A stretch of 64,000 bases of DNA from Candidatus Latescibacterota bacterium (GTDB lineage: Bacteria > Latescibacterota > UBA2968): positions 1,176,290 through 1,240,289 of the forward strand of contig CBDDPH010000002.1 in the NCBI GenBank assembly GCA_965232265.1. Direction: 5' to 3'. Under the pieces are notes generated by a model. That model ran no database searches. It saw nothing but the letters and a program-made list of their open reading frames with translations, and was not told where the DNA came from. Numbering within the stretch: position 1 is the stretch's first letter; every line of letters starts with the position of its first letter. Below are positions 1 through 10,227 of the stretch, in pieces. The translations under genes and the position numbers were made by a program.

Positions 1-237
1 GCCAATCCATTCATCTGCCCGTTTGTGGTATTTGTCATTCCCCGTCAGCGTACCCAATGCATCCAGCACCCGCAAAAAATTCTGCTGACACGCGAGATTG
101 GAAAGCATATTTCCCTCCCAAATCAGCGGCTGTGCGGTCGATAGATCGAGACCGTCTGCCAGCATTGCGCCATTTTTGTGTGTACAATGCGCGAATACTT
201 CCTGTACGTGCTTATCTACCGCATCGATAAATCCCAT
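1..237 (-). CDS. hypothetical protein, N-terminal part only (gene runs off the left edge)
   Basis: Reverse-strand ATG at 235-237 preceded by AAGGAG, with an open frame to position 1 (MGFIDAVDKHVQEVFAHCTHKNGAMLADGL...). Not in the ORF track because no stop lies in the window. Confidence 0.45.
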   Translation of the reverse strand, partial: MGFIDAVDKHVQEVFAHCTHKNGAMLADGLDLSTAQPLIWEGNMLSNLACQQNFLRVLDALGTLTGNDKYHKRADEWIG

Positions 238-420
238 GATTGATCTCCTTGTGTTGGTTAAACCAATTATAGCTCCAATAGACCAAATATCAAAGTGCTC
301 GTACATCCGCTCAACAATCAACTTGACATTGTTTGCCACAGCAAGCATAAATTAGAAGGGTGAAGTGTAATGGGGGAAGTGTGATATGATGTATCAGCCT
401 CTGGAGGATTGGGCGGGGCC

Positions 421-508
421 TTCTCACTTCAAACTTCTTACTTCATCGGGGTGTTGGGTGGTTTTCTCATTGCCGTTTGAAACGGCAATCTACTTCAAAC
501 TTCTTTTG
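421..508 (+). repeat. CACTTCA(A/C)ACTTC-type short motif copies in the 5' region of the oxidoreductase gene
   Basis: cacttcaaacttcttacttcatc (425-447) and ctacttcaaacttcttt (492-508). An inverted copy gaagtgtaatgggggaagtgtga lies at 362-384. Confidence 0.4.
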
Positions 509-518
509 GAGGAATCAC

Positions 519-1469
519 ATGTTAAAAGCCGGATTTATCGGAGCTGGAAATCGCAGCCAGGGCGCGCATTATCCAAATGTCCATCGCCTGGAGCGTGATG
601 TCGAGATGTGCGCGGTTTGCGAACTCGATGAAGAACGCCTGGATCAGGTTGCAAAAAAATACGAGTTTCCGCAAGCATATACAGATCACAAAAAGATGCT
701 CGACGAAGCCGATCTCGATATCATCTATTGCGTTATGAATGAAAAATGGATTTTGCAGACGGCGATTGATTGCATGAATGCGGGCAAACACATTTTTATT
801 GAAAAGCCACCTGGCGCCAATCTCGAAGAGACCGAGCAGTTGCTCGAGGCGGCGGTGTCCAACAATGTGTTCGCCGCGGTCGGGTTCCAGCGGCGCTATA
901 CCGCGGTTACGCGCGAGGCTATGCGTCTGGTAGCAGAAAAGGGGCCCGTTTCATCCATTGTAACGACATTCAACAAACAGATGCTCGGTGGCGATGGCAA
1001 AGAATTTACTTCTACGCTGTGGAATGATGTCTGCCATATTGTCGATCTCACGCGCTATATGGCCGGGAGCGAACCCGTGGAAGTGACCGCCTATCAGGAT
1101 AAATTTGGCGGGGAGAGCTATAATAATTACACGGCTCTCGTACGTTTTGAGAATAACGCAACCGCCACCATCCATGGCAATCGCGCTTCTGGTGGGCGCG
1201 TGTTGCGCTCTGAACTACACGGTGTGGGTATTGGGTGTTATATGAAGATTCCCCAGGAGATCGAGATTCACGAAGACAATCAGGTGCGTACTCTGGGGGG
1301 ATGGGAAGTTGATGGCGTGGAAGAGGAAGATGTCGCCAGTTACGAGGGTGTTTTGACCATGCACCAGCATTTTGTCGATTGTATCAATAAAAACGAGTTG
1401 CCGCACAACGACCTGCGAGATGTTATCCATTCCATCCGTCTGGTGGATCAGCTCGAAGCAAAAGAATAA
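519..1469 (+). CDS. Gfo/Idh/MocA family NAD(P)-dependent oxidoreductase
   Basis: N-terminal Rossmann motif MLKAGFIGAGNRSQ and the Gfo/Idh/MocA-type EKP motif. GGAGG RBS sits 6 nt upstream of the ATG at 519. Confidence 0.8.
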   Translation: MLKAGFIGAGNRSQGAHYPNVHRLERDVEMCAVCELDEERLDQVAKKYEFPQAYTDHKKMLDEADLDIIYCVMNEKWILQTAIDCMNAGKHIFIEKPPGANLEETEQLLEAAVSNNVFAAVGFQRRYTAVTREAMRLVAEKGPVSSIVTTFNKQMLGGDGKEFTSTLWNDVCHIVDLTRYMAGSEPVEVTAYQDKFGGESYNNYTALVRFENNATATIHGNRASGGRVLRSELHGVGIGCYMKIPQEIEIHEDNQVRTLGGWEVDGVEEEDVASYEGVLTMHQHFVDCINKNELPHNDLRDVIHSIRLVDQLEAKE

Positions 1470-1662
1470 ATGAGGTCAACGGGAGTAAAAAACGCATATC
1501 TACCAGAAAGCGCACCGTTACTCGCTGGTCATCTATCCCCGAGGCCACCCCTTCGATATAGGTCATTCCCATCGGCTGTTCCTCCATTTTACTGTACCCA
1601 ATAGTATTGTCCAAAATATTGGTACTCAAACATCAAAGATAGAGCGCGAAAAGTCAAGGGAT

Positions 1663-2634
1663 CTAATGAATAAAGGTCGCCGCAGCCTCCAATACCTCGA
1701 TCCCCGCATTCTTTTTGTACGCGTTTTCGCTGATGTATCGCCGCCAGGTTTTTGCACCCGGTACGCCAGCGAATAGCCCTATGAGATGCCGCGCAATATG
1801 GTGCAATCGCGTACCGCGCTCGATTTGATCGGAGATATAGGGCAAATACGCCTGCAGAATTTCATGCCGAGAAGGTATTGGGCGCGTCTCACCGAAGAAC
1901 CGATGGTCGGCATCGGATAGAAAATAGGGGTTTGAATAGGCTTCCCGCCCGACCATCACGCCATCCACACGCGCCAGATGCGCGGCGGCTTCGTCGAGCG
2001 ACGTTATTCCCCCGTTGATTACGACCTCCAGATCTGGGAAGTCGCGTTTGATGCGATAGACCACCTCGTAAGACAATGGGGGGATTTCTCTGTTTTCTTT
2101 GGGGCTCAGACCCTGAAGCCATGCTTTGCGCGCGTGAAACGCAAAGATACGGCCTCCCGATTCGGCAACGGTCTGGACAAAATGCACCAGTTCTTCGTAA
2201 GAGTCGCGATTGTCAACGCCAATTCGCGTTTTTACGGTTACGGGAATATTTACCGCGTCGCGCATTGCGCCTACACCATCGCGCACCCGTTCGGGTTCTT
2301 TCATCAAGTACGCACCAAAAAGCCCCGATTGTACGCGGTCACTCGGGCATCCCACATTCAGATTGATCTCATCATATCCCCAGTCTTCCCCCACTTTGGC
2401 GCACAGTGCGAGGTCGGAGGGGTCGCTTCCGCCCAGTTGCAGTGCTATGGGATGTTCAATCGGATCAAATCCCAATAAACGCGTGCGGTCGCCGTGTATG
2501 ATTGCGCCGGTGGCAACCATTTCGGTATATAGCAAAACCCGTTGGGTGATCAGGCGCAAAAAATACCGCTCGTGCCGGTCTGTGCAATCCATCATGGGCG
2601 CGATTGAAAATCGCCTGCTCTGTCCAATAGCCAT
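1663..2634 (-). CDS. dusA: tRNA-dihydrouridine synthase A
   Basis: PMMDCTDRHERYF N-terminus and NLNVGCPSDRVQSGLFGAYLM FMN/TIM-barrel motifs typical of DusA. Start set at the internal Met (MAIGQ). Confidence 0.8.
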   Translation of the reverse strand: MAIGQSRRFSIAPMMDCTDRHERYFLRLITQRVLLYTEMVATGAIIHGDRTRLLGFDPIEHPIALQLGGSDPSDLALCAKVGEDWGYDEINLNVGCPSDRVQSGLFGAYLMKEPERVRDGVGAMRDAVNIPVTVKTRIGVDNRDSYEELVHFVQTVAESGGRIFAFHARKAWLQGLSPKENREIPPLSYEVVYRIKRDFPDLEVVINGGITSLDEAAAHLARVDGVMVGREAYSNPYFLSDADHRFFGETRPIPSRHEILQAYLPYISDQIERGTRLHHIARHLIGLFAGVPGAKTWRRYISENAYKKNAGIEVLEAAATFIH

Positions 2635-2705
2635 AGAAAATCCCATAAAAAAAACGAGTCGATCACAAGGGCAACCGACTCGTTTTGAATTAACACCCGT
2701 GTTTA

Positions 2706-3851
2706 TCATGCATAATCGGGCAGCCCGACTTCACTTGCATTGACAATACTGGGGGCTGCCTGCGGGGGATTGTCGCCGAGGAAGGGCAACACATCGTCCG
2801 GATCTTGCCACGCGCCATACCCATTCAAAACACCGGCCACATTCGAGGCCGCCAGAATGGCCATTCCCGAACGGGTCCATATCGTCGCCGATGCAATATG
2901 GGGTACAATGACCACATTGGGCAACTCTTTGAGCCCGGGTTTCATCAGGGGTTCGTCTTCAAACACATCCAGGCCGACTTTGAAATCGGGATGGGTTTTG
3001 CAGTGTTCGACCAGGGCGACTTCGTCGATGACCGGACCGCGGCTGGCGTTGATGAGTATCGCATTGTCCTTCATCAGTGAAAGACGCTCGGTATTCATCA
3101 AGTGGAAGGTGGTGTCATCTAATAGCGGATGTAAGCTGACCACGTCTGCAACCCGCAACACGTCTTCAACCGAGTCCAAACGCCGACACGTCACGGGGTC
3201 ATCGCCTTGAGATTTTAAGAACTCGCCATAAGCCGCCATATAATTTTCCATATATTCATTGGGATACGGATCAAAATAAACCACGTTCATCTTGAACCCT
3301 TCGGACATCATTTTGGCATACGCACAGCCGATGCGACCAGCGCCGATTACGCCGACTGTTTTCCCGGTCATCAATTCGCCCAGATAAAGCGTGGGCAACC
3401 AGCCGAGATATTTTTCGGCGCGCATAAAAGCATCGGCTTCGATTACCCGACGCGCCGCTGAAAAGGTGAGGGAGACGGCCATTTCCGCGGTGGTCTCGGT
3501 CAATACGCCCGGGGTATTGCCCACCGGTATGCCGTATTTCGTCGCCACGCCAACATCCACATTATTGTATCCCACGGCATAGTTGGAATACGCTTTGCCG
3601 CCTGCATTCTTGAGGACGGTAAACAGTTCTTCGCCCCACTTTTCCGTCAACTGCCCGATCACGCCATCGCATTGGTCGCCGATTTTGTCTGCGATTTCTT
3701 CGACACTCAAAATTTCTGTCGATGTGCCAATCTCTACGCGGCAATCAGCCGCCGTGAGTATCTCAAGCCAGCGGTCGCCGGGCAATTCTTTGGTTACGAC
3801 GACGCGCTTGCCGCCCGATTCGTTATGTGTTCTCCAGTCATTGGTGCTCAA
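2706..3851 (-). CDS. D-isomer-specific 2-hydroxyacid dehydrogenase (glyoxylate/hydroxypyruvate reductase-like)
   Basis: NAD-binding GKTVGVIGAGRIGCAYAKMM and the catalytic domain of the D-2-hydroxyacid dehydrogenase family. Confidence 0.8.
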   Translation of the reverse strand: MSTNDWRTHNESGGKRVVVTKELPGDRWLEILTAADCRVEIGTSTEILSVEEIADKIGDQCDGVIGQLTEKWGEELFTVLKNAGGKAYSNYAVGYNNVDVGVATKYGIPVGNTPGVLTETTAEMAVSLTFSAARRVIEADAFMRAEKYLGWLPTLYLGELMTGKTVGVIGAGRIGCAYAKMMSEGFKMNVVYFDPYPNEYMENYMAAYGEFLKSQGDDPVTCRRLDSVEDVLRVADVVSLHPLLDDTTFHLMNTERLSLMKDNAILINASRGPVIDEVALVEHCKTHPDFKVGLDVFEDEPLMKPGLKELPNVVIVPHIASATIWTRSGMAILAASNVAGVLNGYGAWQDPDDVLPFLGDNPPQAAPSIVNASEVGLPDYA

Positions 3852-3926
3852 AATACATCCTCCTTGAATTATGCGTTCTGTTCAGAAAATTGCGAGTGCG
3901 AAATATAACCAATCAAAGTGTTGGTT

Positions 3927-4130
3927 TCAAGTAATTCTCGTTGAATATTCGGATATATCGGACACACTACGGTGGTTGACCATAATCAGTTCAGGTGCTG
4001 TGTCCAGCATGATTTCTTCAAATTCGTCGAGACTGGGGGCTTCAATATGCAAGCCCTCAATATCGCTTTGGGCATAGAAGACCTGCGCTTCATTATCCCA
4101 GATAGCCTCTACTGTAAAAGTGCGCTTCAT
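3927..4130 (-). CDS. DUF1902 / HicB-like small protein (orphan antitoxin-like)
   Basis: MKRTFTVEAIWDNEAQVFYAQSDIEGLHIEAPSLDEFEEIM resembles the DUF1902 (HicB-like) family. No adjacent HicA-like partner gene is present. Confidence 0.4.
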   Translation of the reverse strand: MKRTFTVEAIWDNEAQVFYAQSDIEGLHIEAPSLDEFEEIMLDTAPELIMVNHRSVSDISEYSTRIT

Positions 4131-4178
4131 ATCTGTGCTCCTCATGATGCGGTTGCGCGGCATAGATACTCATTGCTG

Positions 4179-7100
4179 TCAATCAGCATCGGTATCTCGA
4201 TAGGGCAACGGGCGGTCTTTGCGTTGCTCGCGTTGCCATGCGACCGGATCTTTTATGTCGGCGAAAGTACCTTTTTCTGCCACAGGCGCGATATCCAGAA
4301 CCTCGCGGTCGAGTTTGGGGGGTGTTCCTTTGCCATTGAGCCAGTAGTCAGCCATTTTTTTGGCAGCGGCCATCTTGGGCCAGATCACTTCGCGGTAGCC
4401 CCGCACGTCGTCGGGCAGGCGCAATGCTTTCACATAAGTATCGTATCGCTCTGTACTGTCAAAATCAAAATTATCAACCAGATCGATATACCAGTTTCGA
4501 TAGTTTTTTTCCTCGCGGTGCCAGGCCGGAAGCCTGCGTAAAAAGCGCGCCCGTTTCATGAGATTGAGCATCCAGTCGCGGGTTTGAATATCGAATCTGA
4601 TGTCCAGCCCCAGCACGGTGAAATGCGGCCGGGTTAAATGCCTGTAAGAGATCCGGTCGCCGCGACCGGGATCGACATCATAACGCATGCGATCTCGGCG
4701 ATACTTTTCTTCGCTCGTCAATAGATGTGCCACATAGATTTCATCTTTATAGGCCATCACGCGCGCGAGAAAGCGCACCGCAGCATCGGTTGCGCGATAT
4801 TGATATTGGGCATTATCGCGGTCGTAAATTCTTTTTACGCGGACGACATAAGATTGCGCGTATTCGACGCCGCCCCATTGAATGAGATCGTAAACACCGA
4901 GGGCAAATTGCAATTTTGTCGCGTCAGAAAGTGACCAGTCTGCGACGGTCTCTGAGAGGGTGCGATAGGTTTCGGCCAATTTGTCGCCCCGCGTTTTTGC
5001 CAAAATTTCCGCTTTGTCGTCAATGAGATCCCTGTATGTGGTTACGAGTTTGGGTTTGAAAAATGCATCGGGATCCAACGCGGCTTTGCGCCCCATTTCA
5101 AATGCTTTGAGATTGGCTTCGAGTTCATTCGATTTGATATTTTGCTTCATCGCCCAGCGGATATTTTCCAGCGTGAGGGGCAGTGCCCCCCGTTGAAATG
5201 CCGCGCCCAGCAAGATGCTGTTGGCGTAGATTTTGTTGCCCAGGTATCGTTCAGAGATTTCGCCGAGGTCCATCCCAAAATACGTGTCGGGATTGGTATA
5301 ACGCCGCAACATATCCTCCAGATGATCTGTATCAAAATCGTCTCGTCCAATCATAGACAAAATGGTTTCGCGTTTGCCGGTTTCCACGACGGCTGTGGTG
5401 CGCTGAGGGCTGCCCACGCGACCGGTTCCATTCGGATCTAATCCGCGTACGGCCTCCAGAATGTCCAATCCCAATAGCAAGTCTGCATGTCCATAGGGCG
5501 TCAACTGCGAAATTACCCGCTCGTCTTTGGTAAAACTGACGTGCGAATACACGCCGCCATTGCGGATAGCCAGTCCCTTTTTGTTGGTAAATCGAACGGT
5601 ATATCCCTGTTTCGCGCCTGCAACGGCGATAATCGCAGAGATGGTATTGATGCCCATGCCGCCTACACCGGCCACATAAGCGTACCACGCCGTATCAAAG
5701 TCGCGGCATTCGGGTTCGGGAATATTCGATAGATCAATCGACTCGGTTTGTACTTCGGGCGCGTGCGATCGATGAATTGTCAGGCTTTCAAAAGAGGGAC
5801 ACGTTTTATCGCCATTGGCTACTTCGACCTTTGTACACGCCCCGTCGGCAACGCACAAAGATAGATCGGTCGCGACCTTTGGACCGTGGAGCGATTCTTC
5901 TACGGTCAAGCCGCTGCATCCGGTTGCTTGCGTGCATTCCAGACAATATTCGCAGACTTCTGGCGTGATGTTGATGTGGGTTTCTTCTGACAGAAATCCC
6001 TTTTCCCGAACGGTCTGAATCTGCTCTGCACGCACGCGACGGTGATATGTGATACCGCACTCTTTGTCGGCAATGACAATTTTGACGCCATCTTCTATAA
6101 GTGCTCGCTCCAAGACATCGCGATACGCCTCCCGATTTTCCGGATTCATGCGGGCGACCATCACCGGGCCATTTGTACCGCCCCCCAAACCGCGCACGAC
6201 CTGTTCGATATCCTGCGCAAAGGTCGGGCGTCCCATCAGGTCGATATCTACGCCTGGCGTGGGCTGATGCCCCGTCATTGCCGTGGTCTTATTATCTAAA
6301 ATGACATAAGTAATGTCTTGCCCGTGTTTAATCGAATCGGAAATCGCCGCCATTCCGCTGTGGAAAAATGTCGAATCGCCCATGAATACGAGTTGTTTGT
6401 TGTCGATAAAAGGATCGATACCCGCACCCGTGCCACCGCCGAGTCCCATTCCCGACAAATTGTGCATCAGCCGGTTGAATGGCTCGTATTTCAGCAGGGA
6501 ATAACACCCGATATCGCCGTGAAAAATCAGATCCGTCGGATCTGTGCCGTGTTTGCGCTGCATGTAATCGCCATCTTGAAAATCGTCGATCATCTTGTCC
6601 AGCACACTGGCCGAATCGCGGTGCGGGCAGCCCGGGCAAAACGAGGGTGTGCGAACCGACGCGCTCAGGTCATAAGTTTCTGTCTGAGCCATCAGGGCGA
6701 CAACGGCGTCAATGCGCCTAACATCTACGGGTACTGTGGGGTCGTCCAGCGATTTCAACACGGGGGCCAGTACATTGAGTGTGATGCTCGGGTTCAGGCC
6801 ACAACTGTCGGGAAAACCGCGTCCATGGGGAAATCGTTTGCCCCATATCCGGAACGCATTTGTTTTGCCGGCTTGATACAGGTTTTGCAAGGCCGTGGCA
6901 ATTTGTTCTTCCAGAAAACCGCGTTTTTCTTCCACCACGTAAATTTCATCGACCAGGTCCGCAAATTCGCGCAAAATCTCCGAATCAATCGGATGCGTAA
7001 TCCCGTATTTCAAAATGGGAATGCTGCCCCCCAACCCAACCATATTGAGCGCGTGTTCCAAATAACAATAGGCCAAACTGCTGGTGACAAAGCCGATCCG

Positions 7101-7871
7101 CTTTTTGCCAGAGTCTGGCCGGTATAAAATTCGATTCAACTCGTATTCTTTTGCGAGGGTGAGCAGCTTGGGAAAACGCTGCTCGAGGACCTCCTTTTCT
7201 TTTATTACAGTATGTGGCGGAATGATCACCCGATCATCTGGAGAAATCGTCTGTGGATCCAAGCGGACGGGCTGGTTAAATGTTTTTTCGGGAAATTGGT
7301 TTGCGTGTACTTTGACCGTGCCCCCGCCATCTGCCTGATTGGATGTCACGAGGTAGGCGATATAAAGCCGGGTCTTTTCCGACAGTTCAAAGGCGACTTT
7401 GATCCAGTCTTTCATTTCCTGAAAGGTGCTGGGTTCAAATACGGGCATGTACAGATGTTTGGCGATAAAGCGAGAATCCGCGGGCACCTGCGTACCCTCA
7501 GACCACGTATCATCGCCAAATACGGCAACCGCAGCAGCACCTTCTCCCGTCCCGGCCATATTGCCCAGTGCCAGCGCGTCTGAAGCGACGTGCGCGCCCA
7601 CGCTTTTCATGACTGCGATGGCGCGAATGGCTTCCATCTGCGCCCCATTGAGGCGTGCAGCCCCAAGAGCCTCGTTGTTGGCAATTTGCACCATCACGCC
7701 TTTTTCGACCAACAACTCACGGATGCGCTCTGCCGCATCGAATACTTCTGCCACGGGTGAACCGGGATAGCCCGTCATCAATCCCATGCCGCCTTCGAGG
7801 CTACCCTTGACGATCAGTTCATTGCCCGTAAAAATACCCGTGCCTTTTTCAAATGTAAATCGAGGATCCAT
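4179..7871 (-). CDS. indolepyruvate ferredoxin oxidoreductase family protein (fused alpha/beta, 1230 aa)
   Basis: GYPGSPVAEVFD N-terminus, TPP-binding domain, CxxCxxC ferredoxin motifs (CEYCLECTQATGC) and a C-terminal IorB-like domain. The length matches fused IOR-family proteins. Confidence 0.8.
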   Translation of the reverse strand: MDPRFTFEKGTGIFTGNELIVKGSLEGGMGLMTGYPGSPVAEVFDAAERIRELLVEKGVMVQIANNEALGAARLNGAQMEAIRAIAVMKSVGAHVASDALALGNMAGTGEGAAAVAVFGDDTWSEGTQVPADSRFIAKHLYMPVFEPSTFQEMKDWIKVAFELSEKTRLYIAYLVTSNQADGGGTVKVHANQFPEKTFNQPVRLDPQTISPDDRVIIPPHTVIKEKEVLEQRFPKLLTLAKEYELNRILYRPDSGKKRIGFVTSSLAYCYLEHALNMVGLGGSIPILKYGITHPIDSEILREFADLVDEIYVVEEKRGFLEEQIATALQNLYQAGKTNAFRIWGKRFPHGRGFPDSCGLNPSITLNVLAPVLKSLDDPTVPVDVRRIDAVVALMAQTETYDLSASVRTPSFCPGCPHRDSASVLDKMIDDFQDGDYMQRKHGTDPTDLIFHGDIGCYSLLKYEPFNRLMHNLSGMGLGGGTGAGIDPFIDNKQLVFMGDSTFFHSGMAAISDSIKHGQDITYVILDNKTTAMTGHQPTPGVDIDLMGRPTFAQDIEQVVRGLGGGTNGPVMVARMNPENREAYRDVLERALIEDGVKIVIADKECGITYHRRVRAEQIQTVREKGFLSEETHINITPEVCEYCLECTQATGCSGLTVEESLHGPKVATDLSLCVADGACTKVEVANGDKTCPSFESLTIHRSHAPEVQTESIDLSNIPEPECRDFDTAWYAYVAGVGGMGINTISAIIAVAGAKQGYTVRFTNKKGLAIRNGGVYSHVSFTKDERVISQLTPYGHADLLLGLDILEAVRGLDPNGTGRVGSPQRTTAVVETGKRETILSMIGRDDFDTDHLEDMLRRYTNPDTYFGMDLGEISERYLGNKIYANSILLGAAFQRGALPLTLENIRWAMKQNIKSNELEANLKAFEMGRKAALDPDAFFKPKLVTTYRDLIDDKAEILAKTRGDKLAETYRTLSETVADWSLSDATKLQFALGVYDLIQWGGVEYAQSYVVRVKRIYDRDNAQYQYRATDAAVRFLARVMAYKDEIYVAHLLTSEEKYRRDRMRYDVDPGRGDRISYRHLTRPHFTVLGLDIRFDIQTRDWMLNLMKRARFLRRLPAWHREEKNYRNWYIDLVDNFDFDSTERYDTYVKALRLPDDVRGYREVIWPKMAAAKKMADYWLNGKGTPPKLDREVLDIAPVAEKGTFADIKDPVAWQREQRKDRPLPYRDTDAD

Positions 7872-7880
7872 CGATATCCT

Positions 7881-9257
7881 TTAAAATGCCGTGCTTTGCC
7901 AGTTGGGATTGTAGAGTTCACCCGACATGGTCGAATGCACCAGTTCGTAAACACCGGTTCCTCGGCGATCAAAAAATACAAAAATATATCGTCCCGACTT
8001 TTCGTAAGTCCAGGTATCTATGGCTTTTCCTATCGCAGCCGATGTGGTATAGTCGCGCTCGCTGGGCGGGCCGTATTTGATATAAACACGGCCTTTGTCT
8101 GTCTCTGCCCCCCGCTTGCCCGGTTGCGATGTGAACGTATCATCGGAGTATTTCATGCGATTGATATGGTCTCGAAGCCGTTCATTTAAGGGCGTCTTTG
8201 GCGTCGGATCCAGTTTTTTCCAAAATGCCCGCAGGAATTTCATTTTCGAATCCCGTGTTGGCAAAGACTCGTAAGTAGCGAGATCTTTTTCAGACGCAAT
8301 GTGATGAATGGTTTGAAAATATCGCAGTTGTTCCTGTTGTGCCTCTGTCAATTGTGGACTTTCATTTTCATCTGAAATGAGAAAGACTTTGCGTTTGTGA
8401 CGCACATGCTCGCGCGTGCTGCGGTCAAATAACTCGATTTGCAAATCGTACGCGCCGCCAGATAGTCCTTCTGTTTCCAGAACTTCTGTTTTTACCACGC
8501 TTTCGCCGGGCTTCATCAATCGCTTTGCCGGATACGATTTGACAACGACATCGGCGGTATCGAGCACACTGTATCCCAAAACAAATGAATCATTGGGATT
8601 GTCGGGCACGACCTTGAAGTTGTAAACCTCAAAGTAGATCTGTATCGGCTTGCCCACGCGGAAGAACCGCGTTGTATTGGGGACGACGCGCCATCCATTT
8701 TTGACAAAGCGCCCGGCAGATTCAGCCTTTTTGAGTTCTGAAGCGAATACCACATCGCTTACGACCAACTCTGTGCCCTCAAAATGGCGCACGCGCGTAT
8801 TCCCTTCACAGGTGCCTGAAATATCTCCGTAAATATCTTCGGCTGTCAGCGTCATTTTGTAGGGACCCGGCGCAATATCAACGGCGATGATATCGCGCAC
8901 CAGCGCGCCATTTTGTTTCAATTCTCGGATATTTGCCACCGAAACATTGCGCGTCCATAACTCTTGCACTGTGGGATTTCCCGCGGAATCTTGCAGAGAA
9001 AGTTCAAAGTCAATTTGGGATACGTATTTGCCATCTTCGGGTACAAATTGCAATTGCCGCGCATCGAGTAATGTATAGACTTCCAGGCGCGTGAGGTTTT
9101 GAGGCCCCCGAAATGCAGCGGTTTCGGCAAAAACGCGCAATTCGCCCTTTGAGCGCAAAGGCATATCTCGATATATCGGCGCATCTTCTTGCCCATAAGC
9201 CGTTGCCCAGCAAAAACAGGTGGCAACCAGTGCAACATACCATTTTATGGAACGCAT
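7881..9257 (-). CDS. secreted GWxTD-domain-like protein
   Basis: Signal peptide MRSIKWYVALVATCFCWATAYGQ and a C-terminal GAETDKGRVYIKYGPP...WTYE block resembling the GWxTD domain. Confidence 0.45.
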   Translation of the reverse strand: MRSIKWYVALVATCFCWATAYGQEDAPIYRDMPLRSKGELRVFAETAAFRGPQNLTRLEVYTLLDARQLQFVPEDGKYVSQIDFELSLQDSAGNPTVQELWTRNVSVANIRELKQNGALVRDIIAVDIAPGPYKMTLTAEDIYGDISGTCEGNTRVRHFEGTELVVSDVVFASELKKAESAGRFVKNGWRVVPNTTRFFRVGKPIQIYFEVYNFKVVPDNPNDSFVLGYSVLDTADVVVKSYPAKRLMKPGESVVKTEVLETEGLSGGAYDLQIELFDRSTREHVRHKRKVFLISDENESPQLTEAQQEQLRYFQTIHHIASEKDLATYESLPTRDSKMKFLRAFWKKLDPTPKTPLNERLRDHINRMKYSDDTFTSQPGKRGAETDKGRVYIKYGPPSERDYTTSAAIGKAIDTWTYEKSGRYIFVFFDRRGTGVYELVHSTMSGELYNPNWQSTAF

Positions 9258-9342
9258 GACGATCCTCCAGGTGGATATACAACAATTCCCCGGCCGGAAT
9301 TTAAGACAGTATAAAGAGTTGAGAGAATGGAATCAAGGGTTA

Positions 9343-10227
9343 TCAAGCGACTTGATCCGCAGCATGGTAGGAACTACGCACCAGTGGGCCGGATTCGACA
9401 TGCCGAAAACCCAGCACGAGCGCGAATTGTTTGAGAGCCAGAAATTCATCGGGATGGTAAAAACGCGCCACAGGGACGTGTTGGGCAGACGGTTGTAAAT
9501 ATTGGCCTATTGTGAGAATATCTGTTTTGCAATCTGCGATATCTCGTATCGTTTGGCGCACCTCGACTGGGGTTTCGCCCGCACCGACCATAATGCCCGA
9601 TTTTGTGGGCATACCGCGTCCCATTGCTTTGGCCTGTTTCAAAAGTGTGAGTGACCTGTCGTATTTTGCCTGGGGACGCATAGTTTTATACAGGCGCGGC
9701 ACGGTTTCGACATTGTGGTTCAAGATATCGGGTGCTGCTTCTATGACCGCGCGCAATGCCCGCCAATTGCCCTGAAAATCTGGGATCAAGACCTCGACCT
9801 TTGTGTGTTGGCACAACCGCCGAATCGCATATATCGTTTCGGCAAAAATGCGTGCGCCCCCGTCCGGGAGTTCATCGCGATTTACAGAAGTGACCACAGC
9901 ATGCCGCAATCCCATCGTCTGCACGGCTCGGGCGACCCGTTCGGGTTCTTCGGTATCGAGGCCCTCAGGACGACCGGTTTTTACCGCGCAAAATCCACAA
10001 CTCCGCGTACACACATCTCCCAAAATCATAAATGTCGCCGTGCCCGAGTTCCAGCATTCGCCGATATTGGGACAGCGTGCACTTTCGCAGACTGTGTGGA
10101 GATTTAACCCGCGCATTAAGTTTTTCAATGCGCGGTATCCCTCGCTGCCCGGGGCGGGTACGCGAAACCATTCGGGTAATCGCCTTCGGCGCACAGGAGG
10201 CGCCGCAATGTCCATCAAACCATTCAT
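9343..10227 (-). CDS. lipA: lipoyl synthase
   Basis: [13 protein letters not shown] and CTRSCGFC radical-SAM / auxiliary-cluster motifs. Confidence 0.9.
   Translation of the reverse strand: MNGLMDIAAPPVRRRRLPEWFRVPAPGSEGYRALKNLMRGLNLHTVCESARCPNIGECWNSGTATFMILGDVCTRSCGFCAVKTGRPEGLDTEEPERVARAVQTMGLRHAVVTSVNRDELPDGGARIFAETIYAIRRLCQHTKVEVLIPDFQGNWRALRAVIEAAPDILNHNVETVPRLYKTMRPQAKYDRSLTLLKQAKAMGRGMPTKSGIMVGAGETPVEVRQTIRDIADCKTDILTIGQYLQPSAQHVPVARFYHPDEFLALKQFALVLGFRHVESGPLVRSSYHAADQVA

Noticed and set aside
5000-7800. Numerous 60-120-aa ORFs on both strands inside the IOR gene and inside the DUF4175-like gene (29.2-32.5 kb)
   Set aside because: GC-rich shadow ORFs within long, well-supported coding regions.
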